Positions 61,523 through 64,000 of a stretch of DNA of 64,000 nt are shown here, piece by piece. The notes beneath the pieces are model-generated. The model was given only the letters and a program-made list of their open reading frames with translations, made no database searches and had not been told where the DNA came from. Numbering within the stretch: the first letter of the stretch is position 1; each line of letters starts with the position of its first letter. This stretch comes from a virus: positions 1 to 64,000 of IMG/VR virus record IMGVR_UViG_3300024348_000023. One strand, written 5' to 3'. A program made the position numbers and the translations under genes.

Positions 61523-61693
61523 ATGGATAAAGCTGAATTAATTATAACTGCATTACAGCAAAGAATAGGTGAAATTGTCTCAAACTACGAGACACAGATT
61601 GCAATTCTTCGTGCAGATATAACGCAACAAATGCAAGAGTTTGAAGAAAAAGAAAAAGCAGTAAAAGAATTTCAAGATTCTTTAGAGGCATAA
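61523..61693 (+). CDS. small coiled-coil protein (56 aa, absent from ORF track)
   Basis: Manual translation MDKAELIITALQQRIGEIVSNYETQIAILRADIT...SLEA; fills the gap. Confidence 0.7.
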   Translation: MDKAELIITALQQRIGEIVSNYETQIAILRADITQQMQEFEEKEKAVKEFQDSLEA

Positions 61694-61706
61694 GGAGAAA
61701 TAAAAA

Positions 61707-62126
61707 ATGGCATTTAATGACGGAGAGCCAATTGACGCAGCCAAACTTGGCGCATTAGAAACATCTCTTGCAGAAATAAAAGCAAAGGTTCCTCAATTTG
61801 GATCCTCTACTACTAATATCTCAATTGACAATTCAAGCATTCAGAATGCTGTTGTTCCACAGATTTTTGGCGGGGTTAGCGGAGAAGTTTTAATTAATCC
61901 AGGACAAACTTCTACATTTACAATTAATTATTCTGCAGCTAAACTAACATCACCACCTAAATCTATTATATTAACACCATATAGAAACTCTGGAATTGCA
62001 CACAATCAGGCTTATGTTGTAAAGGATTCAGTTAGCAATACAACAGCACAGTGCAAAGTTTTTCAAGAAAAAGGCTATACTGCAGGTAAGACCTTGTTTT
62101 ATTTCTTAGTAATTCAACACTCCTAG
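61707..62126 (+). CDS. small tail fibre-like protein
   Basis: FNDGEPIDAAKL N-terminus; C-terminal beta domain; AAGGAG RBS. Confidence 0.6.
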   Translation: MAFNDGEPIDAAKLGALETSLAEIKAKVPQFGSSTTNISIDNSSIQNAVVPQIFGGVSGEVLINPGQTSTFTINYSAAKLTSPPKSIILTPYRNSGIAHNQAYVVKDSVSNTTAQCKVFQEKGYTAGKTLFYFLVIQHS

Positions 62127-62128
62127 TA

Positions 62129-62167
62129 TTGACAATTTAAACCTATATGTTACAATTACTGTAACAT
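62129..62167 (+). promoter_or_regulatory. sigmaA-type promoter overlapped by an operator-like palindrome
   Basis: TTGACA-N16-TACAAT with extended TG; ATGTTACA-N5-TGTAACAT at 62147-62167. Confidence 0.65.
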
Positions 62168-62168
62168 C

Positions 62169-62193
62169 AAAGTCACGTACCCGTGACTTTTTT
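62169..62193 (+). terminator. intrinsic terminator-like hairpin
   Basis: AAAGTCACG-TACC-CGTGACTTT followed by further Ts. Confidence 0.7.
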
Positions 62194-62209
62194 CGTATTA
62201 AGGTAGACA

Positions 62210-63013
62210 ATGAGTAACGATTTAAAATGGATGTTATCATCCGATCAGCAGTTCCCGTATCAAGATGATAAGATGATAGCCCTATGGTTTAAGGTCATGA
62301 AGTGGTTTAAGCCAGATGTTGTGGACTACCTTGGAGATACAGACGACCAAGCCTGCTATAGCAAGTATACTGAAGGACGATCAGCAGAGTTTTTAGAGCA
62401 TCATAAGAATGATAGCAAAGATTTAATTGTTCCAATGATGCGCCATGAAGCAAAGGGCGCTAGAGATTTTTATACAAAAACAAGAGAGATGCTCCCAGAC
62501 GCACAGCTATTTTCTGCATTAGGAAATCACGACATCCGTATCTTTGATTATGTTGACAAGAAGCTTCCAGACTATGCAAGCGAAGTAACACCAGAGGCTT
62601 TGTGGAGCTTAGACTCTTTGGGGTACGACTATATTTATTATGATAGTCTTCCACGAAAGCGATTCGGAGATATTCACGTACACCATGGACTTTCAATTGC
62701 AGCAGGCGGGGCAGTAAGAAAAGATATGGAAGACATGCAGGTATCTTTAATTAGAGGACACTCTCACAGAATTGCATCGCATATGGTAACATATGAACTT
62801 AGAAACAATGGTGAGGGAGAGACCTTGCGTGGATACGAAATCGGTCACATGTGTGATGAAAAGGGTCCAGGCATGAAGTATACTCAACACCATGATTGGC
62901 AAAAAGGTTTTGCCATTGCACATATTGAAAATGGAGAGTACCCACACGTTCAAATGATTCATGTGTCTCCTAATTATACTTGTGTAGTTGATGGAAAGAT
63001 GTTTAGCTTATAA
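62210..63013 (+). CDS. calcineurin-like metallophosphoesterase
   Basis: SD, GDTDD, GNHD, HHG, GHSH motifs. Confidence 0.85.
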   Translation: MSNDLKWMLSSDQQFPYQDDKMIALWFKVMKWFKPDVVDYLGDTDDQACYSKYTEGRSAEFLEHHKNDSKDLIVPMMRHEAKGARDFYTKTREMLPDAQLFSALGNHDIRIFDYVDKKLPDYASEVTPEALWSLDSLGYDYIYYDSLPRKRFGDIHVHHGLSIAAGGAVRKDMEDMQVSLIRGHSHRIASHMVTYELRNNGEGETLRGYEIGHMCDEKGPGMKYTQHHDWQKGFAIAHIENGEYPHVQMIHVSPNYTCVVDGKMFSL

Positions 63014-63198
63014 TGTGGTGCGGTAAATGTGGAGGAAGAGTTTTTGTTGATAGAGTATTTTCACAAAAACTTCATTGTGAGCTTTTCTGCGTTATGTGCG
63101 GAAAACGCTGGATGGTTAATAAGGAAACGAGTGTTTTTGGTAAATGGTTAGACGCAAAAGAAACGGCAACCTTAAAGAACTACGGTATTTCTTCTTAA
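63013..63198 (+). CDS. small Zn-ribbon protein
   Basis: CGKC...CVMC. Confidence 0.7.
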   Translation: MWCGKCGGRVFVDRVFSQKLHCELFCVMCGKRWMVNKETSVFGKWLDAKETATLKNYGISS

Positions 63199-63629
63199 AC
63201 GATAAGATACATAAAGTTTTAAGGTCATCTAGATCTAAAGATGAACTTGTTGCTTGGTGCTATCCAGACAGCAAAAGAGTTTTATATTCTTATTCTCAGG
63301 TGTATAAGCATTTGGGTAAAGCCTACAGCGTAAAGCAAGTAGGATTACTTTTAAATAAACATAGTGTAACTATTCATGATTATATAATTGAAGGTAAAAT
63401 AAAAACTCCATCAAAGATATATCCAATCGGTGATCCTACAAATGAAAACTGGTCTAAGTATTTATTTAGCGAATCAGACATATTGGACATACATCAATTT
63501 ATTTTAGACGCTGGGCATTCAAATAATATGCCATCAAGGGCGGAATTATTGGGGCTTCTCAAACACAACATTATATTGTATACTAAGAGCTCAGAGGGTA
63601 AGTTCATACCTGTATGGAAGGCGGAATAA
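63144..63629 (+). CDS. putative DNA-binding protein (HTH-like)
   Basis: YSVKQVGLLLNKHSVTIHDYI..G.I resembles a MerR/excisionase-type HTH. Confidence 0.55.
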   Translation: MVRRKRNGNLKELRYFFLNDKIHKVLRSSRSKDELVAWCYPDSKRVLYSYSQVYKHLGKAYSVKQVGLLLNKHSVTIHDYIIEGKIKTPSKIYPIGDPTNENWSKYLFSESDILDIHQFILDAGHSNNMPSRAELLGLLKHNIILYTKSSEGKFIPVWKAE

Positions 63630-63739
63630 TGGCAAGCAGTCGTATAGTTATATGCCCTGAGTGTAATAAAGAGCTTGAAGTAAGATCTGATTTTGCACAC
63701 ATGACATTATCTAACCATATTAAGAAGGAGCACAGATGA
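63629..63739 (+). CDS. C2H2 zinc-finger-like micro-protein (36 aa, absent from ORF track)
   Basis: MASSRIVICPECNKELEVRSDFAHMTLSNHIKKEHR; coupled at both ends (TAATG, ATGA). Confidence 0.65.
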   Translation: MASSRIVICPECNKELEVRSDFAHMTLSNHIKKEHR

Positions 63740-63936
63740 CAACAAGAGTTAAAGTAGACCTATCATTCACACGCAACCTTGGTAACTATGAAAGCATTAA
63801 GATTGGCGTAGGGGTTGAAGACGATATCCGTGATGGAGAAAGCGTAGATTCGGCTACTGAAAGAGTTTATAAGTTTGTTGAAGACAAGCTTATTGAAAAG
63901 ACTCGTGAGGTGGAAGAAGAACTAAAGCGTGGCTAA
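63736..63936 (+). CDS. conserved phage hypothetical protein
   Basis: TRNLGNYESIKI motif; AAGGAG RBS. Confidence 0.75.
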   Translation: MTTRVKVDLSFTRNLGNYESIKIGVGVEDDIRDGESVDSATERVYKFVEDKLIEKTREVEEELKRG

Positions 63937-64000
63937 TGAAAAACAGCCATATATTCTTATCGGGTTATATCTTTCTTTATACAAAGAGAAGTATAACAAA
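63929..64000 (+). CDS. partial ORF running off the window
   Basis: GTG start overlapping the previous gene; open for 24 codons. Confidence 0.45.
   Translation, partial: MANEKQPYILIGLYLSLYKEKYNK

Overview
A 64-kb AT-rich segment of a large tailed dsDNA phage with siphovirus-type morphogenesis genes. The host is most likely an actinobacterium, inferred from many TGn-TAnnnT promoters, several predicted leaderless genes and a PASTA domain; this is not proven. Layout: (1) 1-5.3 kb: small minus-strand genes, a secreted lysozyme-like protein, a GT4 glycosyltransferase, a class II (B12-dependent) ribonucleotide reductase and a holin-like gene. (2) 5.4-34.7 kb: a ~29-kb island of fibre/adhesin genes (collagen-like, Gly-rich, Mtd-N-like, LamG-like, PASTA/Pro-rich) with small chaperone-like genes, interleaved with three 2OG-Fe(II) oxygenases, a GT61, a sulfotransferase-like protein and a GT2-TPR. 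(3) 34.7-62.1 kb: portal, protease/scaffold, major capsid, head-tail connectors, tail tube, a frameshifted tail chaperone, tape measure and tail-tip/FN3 proteins. (4) 62.2-64 kb: a metallophosphoesterase and small Zn/DNA-binding genes. The best candidate novel system is a phage-encoded hydroxylation/glycosylation pathway for Pro-rich and collagen-like virion appendages. Other leads: a blue-copper domain at a collagen fibre tip, an EF-hand-bearing dual-start holin, split plug-and-socket fibre motifs and a palindromic bidirectional promoter. All family calls come from motif recognition by eye, not database searches.
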